Source: Promethearchaeia archaeon
GTDB taxonomy: Archaea; Asgardarchaeota; Lokiarchaeia; Sigyniarchaeales; SOKP01
Direction of reading: 5' to 3'
Length of the DNA stretch: 64,000 bases
Assembly: GCA_029856145.1 (NCBI GenBank)
Contig: JAHQWK010000002.1
Coordinates: 181,936-245,935 of the forward strand
A program made the translations under genes and the position numbers. Under the pieces are notes generated by a model. The model worked only from the letters and a program-made list of their open reading frames with translations. It searched no databases and was not told the origin of the DNA. Shown here one piece after another: positions 1 to 9,932 of the stretch. The stretch's first letter is position 1, and each line of letters starts with the position of its first letter.

Positions 1-375
1 GCACGTAGTCAAAGGAGAAGCAAAAGGAAATACACCGGAAAAAAGTATAAACACTTCAGAAAGAAGCGAAAAAGAGAACTTGAAGGTCCTCGAATTGATA
101 CAGCAATAGCTACAGAAAAGAAGAAAAAACAACGAGCAATGGGAGGTAATTTTAAACTTAAATTATTCGCTACGCAATTCATTAACGTTACCGATCCAGG
201 CACCAATAAAACTCAAAAAGTTAGAATATTAGGTTTTGAAGAGAATATTGCTTCAAAAGATTTGAATCGACGGCATGTTCTAACAAAAGGAGCTGTTGTT
301 GAAACAGAACTGGGAAATGTGAGAATTTCCAGCCGTCCTGGTCAACATGGAGTTCTTAATGGAGTTTTAGTTTAA
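1..375 (+). CDS. rps8e: 30S ribosomal protein S8e (5'-truncated by window edge)
   Basis: Frame 1 is open from base 1 (ARSQRRSKRKYTGKKYKHFRKKRKREL) into GGNFK...TKGAVVETELG...SRPGQHGVLNGVLV, typical of eS8. Confidence 0.95.
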   Translation, partial: ARSQRRSKRKYTGKKYKHFRKKRKRELEGPRIDTAIATEKKKKQRAMGGNFKLKLFATQFINVTDPGTNKTQKVRILGFEENIASKDLNRRHVLTKGAVVETELGNVRISSRPGQHGVLNGVLV

Positions 376-383
376 ATTTAACC

Positions 384-755
384 TTATTCTTGAATTTTAA
401 TATTTTTTACATTAGCTTTTTTACCTTCAATTATTTCAGTATTATTACTTCCACAATTAGAGCATTTAAATAATTGAAGTCCTGTAAGTTGTGATTCTCG
501 AGTTAAAGAAACTTCTGAGATTTTATTGCATTCTCGACATTTAATTTTACCGGGAGTAATTTTAATATTCAATTTGGCACCTTCTGCTATTGACCCCTTA
601 GTGGCCATCTCAAAAGAACGTTGAAGAAGTTCAGGAACAATAAGAGTTAATTCTCCAATTTCTAGTATTACCTCAGTAATTTTTTTAGCATTATATTTGA
701 GTGCTGTAGCTTCAGCTACTTTAAAAATATTATAAGCAAAAGCAAATTCGTGCAT
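384..755 (-). CDS. hypA: Hydrogenase maturation nickel metallochaperone HypA
   Basis: N-terminal MHE motif, IGELT, two CxxC motifs (CREC, CSNC). Confidence 0.95.
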   Translation of the reverse strand: MHEFAFAYNIFKVAEATALKYNAKKITEVILEIGELTLIVPELLQRSFEMATKGSIAEGAKLNIKITPGKIKCRECNKISEVSLTRESQLTGLQLFKCSNCGSNNTEIIEGKKANVKNIKIQE

Positions 756-765
756 AATAGGAAAT

Positions 766-1062
766 CTAGGTTTTTGATTGTAATTTTCTTATTTCTTTAG
801 CAATTTCAAGCATTACCTTACTTTTTTTCTTCCCTTTCGCGTTTATTATAACTCTTCCAGGTTCTTCCCACCATGATTTGGGGTATTTATAACTTCTTTC
901 AATTTCAGCATGATAACCTAAATTTGTGGCAGCTTTTACTATCTCTTCTAGATTAACTTTATCTATAGTGAATTTCCTTGGAAGTCGTCTACCATTACTC
1001 CGACTTCTTTTTGCATCAAAATATTGTGGCCAAAAAATTAAAAAAGGTTTTCTAGTCCTCAT
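766..1062 (-). CDS. srp19: Signal recognition particle protein SRP19
   Basis: IFWPQYFDAKRSRSNGRRLP and YPKSWWEEPGRV motifs; start moved to ATG at 1062. Confidence 0.93.
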   Translation of the reverse strand: MRTRKPFLIFWPQYFDAKRSRSNGRRLPRKFTIDKVNLEEIVKAATNLGYHAEIERSYKYPKSWWEEPGRVIINAKGKKKSKVMLEIAKEIRKLQSKT

Positions 1063-1272
1063 TAAGTCGTTAAATAAATAAGTTTTTGATGAGAATAATA
1101 AGAAGTAAAACTTTTTAAGTAATTTAAAAATTATTGGTTTAAGATTTAAGATTAAGTACAAAAAAGATTTAATTACCAGTTTTCACTATTCTTTACATAC
1201 TATATTAAACATGTCTCTTTATTAAAAGAGATAATTTATGAAATCATTAAATAGAAACACCCGTTTAGTAAA

Positions 1273-1377
1273 GGGAGGGTGGTCTAGATTGGTATGATAC
1301 TCGGCTGGGGGCCGAGTGGCCGGGGAAAGACCAAACGTTTCGGTGGTCTTCCGGAAGTTCAAATCCCCCCTCTCCCA
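1273..1377 (+). tRNA. tRNA-Pro(GGG) with a 31-nt non-canonical intron (1326-1356) at position 52/53
   Basis: Acceptor GGGAGGG/CTCTCCC-A; anticodon arm CTCGG-CT GGG GG-CCGAG; removing the intron restores GGGGG-TTCAAAT-CCCCC; BHB-type motif CCGG/CCGG with bulges GGA and AAG. Confidence 0.93.
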
Positions 1378-1472
1378 TTTATTAATCTACAGTTTTTTAT
1401 TTTGTTAAAATTTATAAGTGGATCTAATCTATTTTTTGATAAAAAATAAAAATAAAAAAAGTTGAGTTAAAA

Positions 1473-1775
1473 GTGCCATGGAGTAAGTTGCAAGAATCTG
1501 ATATGTTTATGCGTGTTGTGGCAATTGGTGGAGGAATTATTGCCCTAATAGAATCGTTATTGCATTTGATAGGAATTCTCGAATTTTGGAGTTTTGGATG
1601 GATTATTGAGGTAATTGCTATTGGCCTCGCAATACTTCCTATTTTATTAGGATTAAAGCCAATTCATTATACCCCTACATTCTTAGGCGTTTTTGGTATT
1701 CTTTTGATAATATTTTCAGTTTTCATTGGGGGACTAATCGTGTTTCTCGCAGCAATTATTGGAGCTATTACTTAA
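1473..1775 (+). CDS. Small hydrophobic membrane protein
   Basis: 100 aa, 3-4 hydrophobic segments, GTG start. Confidence 0.75.
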   Translation: MPWSKLQESDMFMRVVAIGGGIIALIESLLHLIGILEFWSFGWIIEVIAIGLAILPILLGLKPIHYTPTFLGVFGILLIIFSVFIGGLIVFLAAIIGAIT

Positions 1776-1956
1776 TCCTATAAATATTTTTTTTTTATTT
1801 ATTTTAAGAATCTTTACCTAATTTTTAAAAATTTTCAAATTAACCACTTTGAATTTATATAAATGCTTCGGATGAAGAATATGATTTTTCAACTTTAATT
1901 AAGAGTTTTGAAAATATTCTCTGATGGCATTAATATTCAAAAATGAAAAAATTGAA

Positions 1957-2826
1957 CTATTTACTTAGCGCAAGTGCTAAAACTAAAGCACCATAGAATT
2001 CAGAATGATCTCCGACTCTAGAAGTATCAATAATAGTTTTATCAATACCCATATAAATGGCTCCGTATGCCTTACCTCCACCTAAATGAACTAATGTACG
2101 ATATATTAAATTTCCCGAAATCCCATCAGGTGCGATAATTAGATTCGATTTATTTTCAACAGCATTTTCTATTAATATTTCATCATGAGTAATCCTTAAA
2201 TTTGGGTATTTTTTCTTCATTACTTTAACAATTTTATCTGCATCTTGTATTGTTTGGTTAACTTTGTCTTCTCTTCCGATATCACCTAATCTTCCTCCAC
2301 TTAAAATACTTATTTTAGGAACAATCTCGATTTCCTGCAATTCTTTAAGCGCTGATTCTATAAAGATAATTTTGTTTTCTATGTTATTACATTCATCAAT
2401 ACCAACCGGACCATAGAAGAATTGATGCTCTTTAAAAGTTTCCAATATTGCTAGTCTATTAAATTCTTGACCATTAAGATTTTGTTTAAGATTTTTTAGA
2501 AATTTACTTGAGCTTAGTGATCCTCTAATAATAGCTTGAATGGAATTGCTCATTAAAAAATCAATAATAGATTTTTCAGGATCTTGACATTCAACAAACT
2601 TTAATTGTGAATTTATTTTATTTTGTGGAGTATGTGGAAGAGATCTATTTAAATAATCCTTTTTTCCGAAAAAAGAAATGGTAGATTTAAAATTTTTTAA
2701 AAAATTTAAACTTGCTGTTAAGATTTTCTGATTGTGGTATTTAGAATCTCCTAATCCTATTCCAATATTTATAGATTTTTTCTCTTTAGCCACTAATTCA
2801 TATTTTTGTAATAAATTCATAATCAA
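1957..2826 (-). CDS. mtxX: Methanogenesis marker protein Mmp4/MtxX family (phosphate acyltransferase-like fold)
   Basis: IRGSLSS, PVGIDE, ILSGGRLGDIGR, APDGISGNLIYRTL, DTSR motifs. Confidence 0.85.
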   Translation of the reverse strand: MIMNLLQKYELVAKEKKSINIGIGLGDSKYHNQKILTASLNFLKNFKSTISFFGKKDYLNRSLPHTPQNKINSQLKFVECQDPEKSIIDFLMSNSIQAIIRGSLSSSKFLKNLKQNLNGQEFNRLAILETFKEHQFFYGPVGIDECNNIENKIIFIESALKELQEIEIVPKISILSGGRLGDIGREDKVNQTIQDADKIVKVMKKKYPNLRITHDEILIENAVENKSNLIIAPDGISGNLIYRTLVHLGGGKAYGAIYMGIDKTIIDTSRVGDHSEFYGALVLALALSK

Positions 2827-2838
2827 TGGTTTTGTGTT

Positions 2839-3981
2839 TTAGAAAGCATAATAAAAAATATATACTACTATTATTGTTAATGCATCATAAACCCCATGAG
2901 TTAAAATTACTGCTATTAAATTCTCATTTCTCCAATAATAAATTAATCCTAAAAATAATGATATTATAAAGTAAGGAATAAATGATAGAACAAATGAAAT
3001 AAGCAAGAGTATTGGTGTATCTAAAAACAAAATAACTATTCCCAATACATGAATCATTGCGAAAACGAATGCTGTTATCAATATTCCTCCCATATTTCCT
3101 AAATTCCGCGTTAATCCTTTTTGCATAAATCCTCTAAATAATATTTCTTCAGAAGTTCCTATAATTAATATCATTATTAAAGATAAGAGAATTAAGCTGA
3201 GAATATCTCCTTCTGAGATGATTATTTCAACATCACTGGTAGTACTACTGAGATCCCTTATAATCTCAACTCCAAAAAAAAACTCCAATGTTATCTCAGT
3301 TAAAAATGAAACCATATAAACTAATAATACTCCTGCCACAGCAAATCCCAATCCTATTAAAATTTCTTTAAATAATCCTTTTCTAGTTAATCCTTTTAGA
3401 GTAAATCCTAATAATCCTAATCTATTTTTCAAAGAAGGATTTTTGAGATATTTCCCTACATATAATACAGGAACTAGTACAAAAATCAATTCGAAGAAAG
3501 AACTAAATATTATGAAATACGGATTTGCTATAAAATCAAATAAAGACTCTAAATTGAAAGAAAAAAAAATCATTATAGCAACGAGCCCAGCAATAATAAA
3601 ATCCATTAGAAGAAAAGCCCCCAGGGATACTCCAATAGACGGCATTGTCCCCCATAATTCAAGATTTTTTGTATTAATTATATCATCATCAGAAATTTTT
3701 TTCGACTTATAAGAAACTGAAGGTACGTAAGGTTGGGGATATTTTTTTGGCAGAATATAAGGATTTATCGATTTCGTTGGTTTTAATTGTTTATATTCTT
3801 TGAGATAATTAAGATCCGTCCCACAATTAATGCAAAATTTAAGTTTCTGAATTTTTGGAATTTTATTACCACAAACAGGACAAAAAGCCCAAAATTTATC
3901 ATTTAACTCTTTTCTATTATTAGAATTGGAGAATTTTTGCTCATTGTTAGGATCTTGAATTTCTTTATCAGTCATTATCAA
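2839..3981 (-). CDS. CPBP (CAAX/Abi) family intramembrane metalloprotease with N-terminal zinc ribbon
   Basis: EEILFRG, FAMIH, HGVYD motifs; CPVC/CINC ribbon. Confidence 0.9.
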   Translation of the reverse strand: MIMTDKEIQDPNNEQKFSNSNNRKELNDKFWAFCPVCGNKIPKIQKLKFCINCGTDLNYLKEYKQLKPTKSINPYILPKKYPQPYVPSVSYKSKKISDDDIINTKNLELWGTMPSIGVSLGAFLLMDFIIAGLVAIMIFFSFNLESLFDFIANPYFIIFSSFFELIFVLVPVLYVGKYLKNPSLKNRLGLLGFTLKGLTRKGLFKEILIGLGFAVAGVLLVYMVSFLTEITLEFFFGVEIIRDLSSTTSDVEIIISEGDILSLILLSLIMILIIGTSEEILFRGFMQKGLTRNLGNMGGILITAFVFAMIHVLGIVILFLDTPILLLISFVLSFIPYFIISLFLGLIYYWRNENLIAVILTHGVYDALTIIVVYIFYYAF

Positions 3982-4060
3982 TTTACAGAAAGATATTTAA
4001 TTACTAAAAGCTTTACATTTCAAATTAAAAATTACTAAAAGAAGTCTTCAAAATTGACTT

Positions 4061-5974
4061 TTAAATTCCAATTCTCATAAATTTAAAAATCCTATTAATT
4101 TCAATGTCACTTTGAAAAATTCCTGAATTTAATACTGGATGATGGCTGTATTTAGCAAGTTCTTCATCCCTTTCAACTTCTAATTCAAGTTTTATTGAGG
4201 GCATCCAAAATGTTTTATTACTATGTTGGTATTCAACCATTACCATATAAAGAAAGTTCCCTATTTTTTTCGGAATAATTTTAGTTTTGATTTTTGTTAT
4301 TTCATTAGCTTTTAACCGTTTAATGCTTGTATACTCTAACTTAGATTCAAATGAATCAGACATAAAAAAGTAAATCTTTATATCCTTAATTTCACTAAAG
4401 TTAGGATTCTCAATGGAAACTGTTATGATTTCTGATTGATCTAACTTTAATTTTTTATTTTGTACTTTGAGATCTATAAAAAGAGGGTATGCTACAACTT
4501 TTTCTTCTAAATTAAAACTTAAATTAATAAGTTTTTTAAGATTGGGTTTTAACTTTAAACTAAATTGATTTTTTTGTTCTTCTAAAGAAAGAACTTGTTT
4601 ACTTCTCGATTCTTCAAACTGTTGAAACATGTGATTAATATACTTTAAGATATATTTATCAAATTCTGAGTGTTTGTTTGATATTAACGAAATTAATTTC
4701 TTGTAATATTCTGCTTCAAGATCTCGAAGCAAAGGTTTCTCGAAAATATCCTTGATAAAATTTTTTAAGAGCTCATCTAATTGGATTAAACCATTATATT
4801 CAATTTCAAATTTCTCAATTTTCTTTCCATTCAACTTATTATCTTGCAAAATATCACTTATTGAATTCAATACTTCAACAGATTCAGAGTTATAGGCATC
4901 AAGAGCCTTTAATATCATTTTTTCTAAGAGATTATTGAATTTTTGAACATTTTTATTTTTGTACCTGATGAATTCTGTACGGTAAGATTCTAAATATTTA
5001 ACTAATTTTCCAGAATGCAGTTTTAAAAGGCTTCTTTGATATCTTTGATATCTTTCAGAAACATTTTTAATCCAATTTCGAACACTATTTAGTTTCTCCA
5101 TATTTTCTTCAGTATTAAATATAAGATTCTCTTCCAAATTATCTGTAGATAACAATGGGCAATCAATTTTTACTTTCTCTAATACTACACATGTATCGCG
5201 CTCTAACTGATATATGTTTTCAATTTGATTATATAAATTAAATTTCTGAAAATCATCTGCTTTGATTTTAATTAGCTTATCAAGTAAATCTTCTAATTTA
5301 TCGGAATAAAATTTCGGATTCTTGTTTAAGATTCTTCTTAATATTGAGGCAAATTCAGAAAGAATAACATACATATCTTTTTTCTTATAAATATTGGAAC
5401 TTGTATTTTCCAATTTAATGATATTACAAAAATCCACGATATTTTGATAGTTTTTCTCGGCAAGTTGATAGTATTTCGCACAATTCTCAAGATATAATGA
5501 GTTTTTTGCCAAATAACTATAATATAATCCTAGTAATGATTTATTGATAATAAAGGAATAATCTCTGAACTCTTCATATTTCTTTCTATTTTCATCATTT
5601 TTTATATGGGGTAATATGAATTCCTCAATAATTATCTCAAAATTACCCGCAGAACGAATTGTATAGAATAATTTTAATGGATCAACATTTATATTATCTA
5701 ATTTAGTAATTATTAAATGCCTATATTCATTAAAATCAGATTTAAGATTATAGAAAAAGGTTTCAATTAGAGATTTTCTTCTCTCGAGTTCTGAATCTTT
5801 AACTATTTTTACAGTTTTAGATAATTTAAGATTTAATATTTCTGCTAAATAATATTTAAAAGAATAGATTGATTCCATATATAAAGTTTTTGCCTCACAA
5901 TAAGGACACTGGGCAACAGATCCTTTTAAAATCGCTAAACTAGACCCACATTTCTTGCAAGGCAAATACCGCAT
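4061..5974 (-). CDS. Hypothetical protein: N-terminal zinc ribbon, long helical region, C-terminal Ig/CARDB-like beta domain
   Basis: CKKC...CPYC; C-terminal ITVSIENPN...IKRLKANE...IIPKKIGNF...VEY pattern. Confidence 0.7.
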   Translation of the reverse strand: MRYLPCKKCGSSLAILKGSVAQCPYCEAKTLYMESIYSFKYYLAEILNLKLSKTVKIVKDSELERRKSLIETFFYNLKSDFNEYRHLIITKLDNINVDPLKLFYTIRSAGNFEIIIEEFILPHIKNDENRKKYEEFRDYSFIINKSLLGLYYSYLAKNSLYLENCAKYYQLAEKNYQNIVDFCNIIKLENTSSNIYKKKDMYVILSEFASILRRILNKNPKFYSDKLEDLLDKLIKIKADDFQKFNLYNQIENIYQLERDTCVVLEKVKIDCPLLSTDNLEENLIFNTEENMEKLNSVRNWIKNVSERYQRYQRSLLKLHSGKLVKYLESYRTEFIRYKNKNVQKFNNLLEKMILKALDAYNSESVEVLNSISDILQDNKLNGKKIEKFEIEYNGLIQLDELLKNFIKDIFEKPLLRDLEAEYYKKLISLISNKHSEFDKYILKYINHMFQQFEESRSKQVLSLEEQKNQFSLKLKPNLKKLINLSFNLEEKVVAYPLFIDLKVQNKKLKLDQSEIITVSIENPNFSEIKDIKIYFFMSDSFESKLEYTSIKRLKANEITKIKTKIIPKKIGNFLYMVMVEYQHSNKTFWMPSIKLELEVERDEELAKYSHHPVLNSGIFQSDIEINRIFKFMRIGI

Positions 5975-6156
5975 GAAAACTATTGTTCAAACTTAAATTA
6001 ATTTATAATTATTCTTACAGAGTTATAAATTGCTAATTATTTATTAAAATTTTATCCTCAAAGTCTAGATTATCACAATATCTTGATGTGTTTTTTTACA
6101 AATTTGATCAAATAATTCAATAAAAATAGGTTCTAGTTTCTTATAAAAATAAATAA

Positions 6157-7917
6157 TCAATGAGTAAAATAACAATAGAGATGATCATCTTCACACTTTA
6201 TAGGGTTAACAAATCCGAACCGTTCGAATTGAATTGTTTGGTTCATAGGTATTTCTAAAAGATTTAATTCCCCCTTTCCTTTTGATAAAATCCCGTCGGG
6301 ATTTAAAATTGAAACATTAATATTTTCATCTTTGGGAACCCATTGTATAATTGAAAACTCTCGATCTAATTCCTTACTATGATATGATGCAAAGATTGTA
6401 TTTTTATTCAAATCAACGGAATTAATCTTGATATTCATCAAATCTTTTAACCGAACAACCTGATCCTTTTTAAAATTTTTCGCATCAGATAAAGCAATTA
6501 ATATATTCGATTGGTTGTTTTTTATAATGCATCTTATGCTTCTTTTTCCTTTTTTTGGTTCAGTCGGATGTAAGAGTGGCTCTGCAATATATTCTTTTTC
6601 GGGAATGTTATCAATAATAGTTAATATTGGATTTTCAACATAAAAATATCTATTAGAGATTTCATCTATAATATCTTGATTTTTCGAATACAACCAATTT
6701 ACAGAAAATGTTATTCCTGATTGAGACATGCCCAGTTCTAATAAGGTTTGTCTTAAAGCTTCTGGTCTTATCCCACGTTTTTTAAGAGATTGTAAACTCC
6801 ATGTCCTGGGGTCTTCCCATCCTTCATATTTTCCATTCTGAATATTATTTCTTGATTTTGTTTTACTTAATTTCATATCAGCAAAATTAAGTCTTCCATA
6901 ATAAAGTAATTCAGCTTTTCTCCAACCAAAATGATCCCAAATAAATTCCTCTATAATACCTTCTTTGACTAAATCGATACCTCTCAATATGTGAGTTGCA
7001 CCTATTAAATAATCGTCAATTGCCCAGGAATATTCTAACATTGGCCACACAACATATTTATTACCTACTCTTGGATGTTCTGCTTCAGAAATCCTCATTA
7101 TGATTTGATCTCTTAAAGCGGGATCTTTTTGATCCATTCCCGTTTTTAATCTTACTACAACATCACCTTCAGAGTATTTTCTATTGAGCATAGCTTTCCA
7201 TTCTTCTAAGTTTTTTTCAATCGTTTGATCCCGATGAGGGCAATTTATCTTTTGTTTCTTATATTTTTCCCGAAATTCGTCAGCAGAACAAAAACAAACA
7301 TAAGTAATATTATCTTTAATTAATCTTTCGCAATAATCATAAAAAATATCTAATCTATCACTTTTATAGAATATTTTGCTATATTTTACACCTAACCATT
7401 CTAAACCGTCTTTTATTAATTCATAAGCTTCTGGTAAAACATATTTAGCTTTAGGACTATCCCGTAATGATTTAGGACTCCCAATTGTATCATCATAAAA
7501 AAGAATAAGTTCACCATTATATTTTTTAATATACTCATGGTTTAATATGATCATTCTAGCATTTCCTATGTGTAATGCACCACTCGGGTAAGGGGCTAAA
7601 CGCATAATAATTTTTTCAAATTTAGTAAGGTTATGTAATTCTGGTAATTCTTTTTTTTCTTCTAACTTTTCTTTTCTATCCAAGGCGTGAGGATCCAACT
7701 TTAATAACTGTTTTTTTTGTTCCTCAACTGTTAATTTTAAAATTTCATCTATAACTTGATCCAGTATGGGTTTAATACCTTTAGTTTGGGTTCTTAAATC
7801 AGGTCTAGAAGCGATTATTTTTTTCATAATTGCCTTTTTGTCTGGGTGTCCATTAAATTCTACAGCATTTTTCAAACTATATAACCAAACCATTTGCTTA
7901 ATATCTCTATCAGACAT
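6157..7917 (-). CDS. gltX: Glutamate--tRNA ligase (archaeal type)
   Basis: RLAPYPSGALHIGN (HIGH), THILRGID, KLSKT (KMSKS), QFERFGF. Confidence 0.96.
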   Translation of the reverse strand: MSDRDIKQMVWLYSLKNAVEFNGHPDKKAIMKKIIASRPDLRTQTKGIKPILDQVIDEILKLTVEEQKKQLLKLDPHALDRKEKLEEKKELPELHNLTKFEKIIMRLAPYPSGALHIGNARMIILNHEYIKKYNGELILFYDDTIGSPKSLRDSPKAKYVLPEAYELIKDGLEWLGVKYSKIFYKSDRLDIFYDYCERLIKDNITYVCFCSADEFREKYKKQKINCPHRDQTIEKNLEEWKAMLNRKYSEGDVVVRLKTGMDQKDPALRDQIIMRISEAEHPRVGNKYVVWPMLEYSWAIDDYLIGATHILRGIDLVKEGIIEEFIWDHFGWRKAELLYYGRLNFADMKLSKTKSRNNIQNGKYEGWEDPRTWSLQSLKKRGIRPEALRQTLLELGMSQSGITFSVNWLYSKNQDIIDEISNRYFYVENPILTIIDNIPEKEYIAEPLLHPTEPKKGKRSIRCIIKNNQSNILIALSDAKNFKKDQVVRLKDLMNIKINSVDLNKNTIFASYHSKELDREFSIIQWVPKDENINVSILNPDGILSKGKGELNLLEIPMNQTIQFERFGFVNPIKCEDDHLYCYFTH

Positions 7918-7985
7918 CTATGGTAATCATCTAATTTTGTTTCTTCTAAAAATATTAAATATTAAAAATTAATTTAAAATAAATT

Positions 7986-8951
7986 TCATAATTTAGAAAG
8001 GTTTTGAATGATTTCATTAGTTTCTTTCATGATTCGTTCAATTAAATCTTTAACTGTAGGTATATCGTGAATAAGACCTACACCCTGACCAACAGAAACT
8101 ACACCAACATCTAAATTGCCTTCATCATACATTAACCTTGATTTAGCTCCAGCAGCAGCATTAAATATTTCCATTTGGTCACTTTTTGAAGTTTCTAATT
8201 CGAGAACTTTTTGTGCTGCTTGATTATTCCATACTCGATGAGTAGCATTAAGCGAACGCATAATAATTATTGTATCATAGATTGTAGCATTTAAAAGAGC
8301 TTGTTTTAAGTTCTCATGAATGGGACATTCTTGTGTAGCTAAAAGACGAGTACCTATTAGTGCAGCTCCCGCTCCTAACGCTAATACTGCAGCTATACCT
8401 CTTCCATCCGAGATACCCCCTCCAGCTACAACAGGGATATCTAAAGCATCAATAGTAGCAGGTGTTAATACGAGTGTTCCAATATCAAAACGTCCTGTAG
8501 CACCCCCATTTTCCCAACCAACTACTTCTACAATATCAGCTCCTAATGAAGCGGCTTTTTTCGCATATCTCACACCAGCACATTTGTGAATCCAAATTAT
8601 ATCATTTTTTTTGAATAAAGGAATATATTTATCCGGAGCTTGATGACCAGAAGTTTCAATAATCTTGACTCCTTCATCAATCATCACTTTAACTAAATCA
8701 ATTTGCTTTATTGGTCTTAGCATAGGAAATAAATTTACATTTACTGCAACTGGTTTATCTGTTAAATCTTTTAATTCGTTTAATGCTTGACGTAATGGTT
8801 CGGGTTTACGAAACATCACGGAAGCCAGAATTCCAAGGGCACCAGCATTTGAACAAGCAGCGGCAAATGAGGGATAACTAATATTCATCATATTTCCACA
8901 GAAAATTGGATATTTTATACCTAACATTTCTGTTACTTTTGTTTTTAACAT
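7986..8951 (-). CDS. Nitronate monooxygenase / FabK-like flavin oxidoreductase
   Basis: LGIKYPI, GWENGG, PVVAGGGISDGRG, GTRLLATQEC. Confidence 0.9.
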   Translation of the reverse strand: MLKTKVTEMLGIKYPIFCGNMMNISYPSFAAACSNAGALGILASVMFRKPEPLRQALNELKDLTDKPVAVNVNLFPMLRPIKQIDLVKVMIDEGVKIIETSGHQAPDKYIPLFKKNDIIWIHKCAGVRYAKKAASLGADIVEVVGWENGGATGRFDIGTLVLTPATIDALDIPVVAGGGISDGRGIAAVLALGAGAALIGTRLLATQECPIHENLKQALLNATIYDTIIIMRSLNATHRVWNNQAAQKVLELETSKSDQMEIFNAAAGAKSRLMYDEGNLDVGVVSVGQGVGLIHDIPTVKDLIERIMKETNEIIQNLSKL

Positions 8952-9053
8952 AAATCTACCACTTTTTTTAGAACATGTTATAAGAAATTAATATAATTAA
9001 TAGAACTATTATTATAAAAAATATAAAATTTCATTTTATCAGATATCGCAATT

Positions 9054-9731
9054 TTACGCAAATAGACTTATAATATCGGCGACGTTAATCTCTGTTAGAT
9101 CTTTAATAATTAATTGAGCACCAAGAAGTTCTTCTTTATCATGTGTCGTTGTAAGGGCAATCGAAATCATTCCCGCTCGTTTAGCTGCTTCTATACCAAC
9201 TGGAGCATCTTCAATAACTAAACAATTTTTTGGATTGATGTTTAGGATTTTAGCAGCATTTAGAAACACATCTGGTTCAGGCTTCCCATTCTTAACATCA
9301 GCTGCTGTAATAATAACGTCAAAATAAGCTTTGATTTTTAGCTGAGATAATAATAACTCCACATTTTCAGGTGGCCCACTTGAACCTACAGCCAATTTGA
9401 AGCCCTCTGATTCTAATTCTTTTATAATTCTTAATACCCCCGGCAAAGGTGTTAACTTTTCTCTTACCATTTCCCGATAATATTGCTCTTTAAGACTAGC
9501 CCATTTTTCAACAATAACTTTATCTACTTCTGGACCTAATAATTTTCGAGTAATTGTGGGTGATTGTTGACCAAAGGTTTGTTCAAACATATCTCTTGTA
9601 AAATTTACACCAATTTCTGCTGCCATTTTAACCCAGCTTTCAAAATGAATGGGTCCAGTATCTGCTAGAACTCCATCCATATCGAAAATAACACAATAAT
9701 CACTAAACATAGTTTTAACTATAAAGAACAA
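9054..9731 (-). CDS. HAD-family phosphatase (beta-phosphoglucomutase-like)
   Basis: FDMDGVL, GKPEPDVF, IEDAPVG. Confidence 0.9.
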   Translation of the reverse strand: MFFIVKTMFSDYCVIFDMDGVLADTGPIHFESWVKMAAEIGVNFTRDMFEQTFGQQSPTITRKLLGPEVDKVIVEKWASLKEQYYREMVREKLTPLPGVLRIIKELESEGFKLAVGSSGPPENVELLLSQLKIKAYFDVIITAADVKNGKPEPDVFLNAAKILNINPKNCLVIEDAPVGIEAAKRAGMISIALTTTHDKEELLGAQLIIKDLTEINVADIISLFA

Positions 9732-9790
9732 TTAGATAATTTTTATAGAGAATCATTAATTTTTAAGAATTACAAATAGAAAATTATAAT

Positions 9791-9895
9791 AGTCCGGTAG
9801 TCTAGTATGGATAGGGCGCTGGCTTGCGGAGCCAGATATCGAGGGTTCAAACCTCTTAGCATATAGCAAGGAGGGAATATATCCCCCCCGGGCTA
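9791..9895 (+). tRNA. tRNA-Arg(GCG) with a 30-nt non-canonical intron (9851-9880) at position 58/59
   Basis: Acceptor AGTCCGG/CCGGGCT-A; anticodon arm CTGGC-TT GCG GA-GCCAG; BHB central helix GTTC/GAAT with bulges AAA and ATA; splicing restores the TTCAAAT loop. Confidence 0.9.
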
Positions 9896-9932
9896 CTAAC
9901 TTTTAAATTACTTGGTTAATATTTAATTTAAT

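Noticed and set aside
1214-1231. Palindrome TCTCTTT-ATTA-AAAGAGA upstream of tRNA-Pro
   Set aside because: AT-rich, single occurrence, plausible by chance
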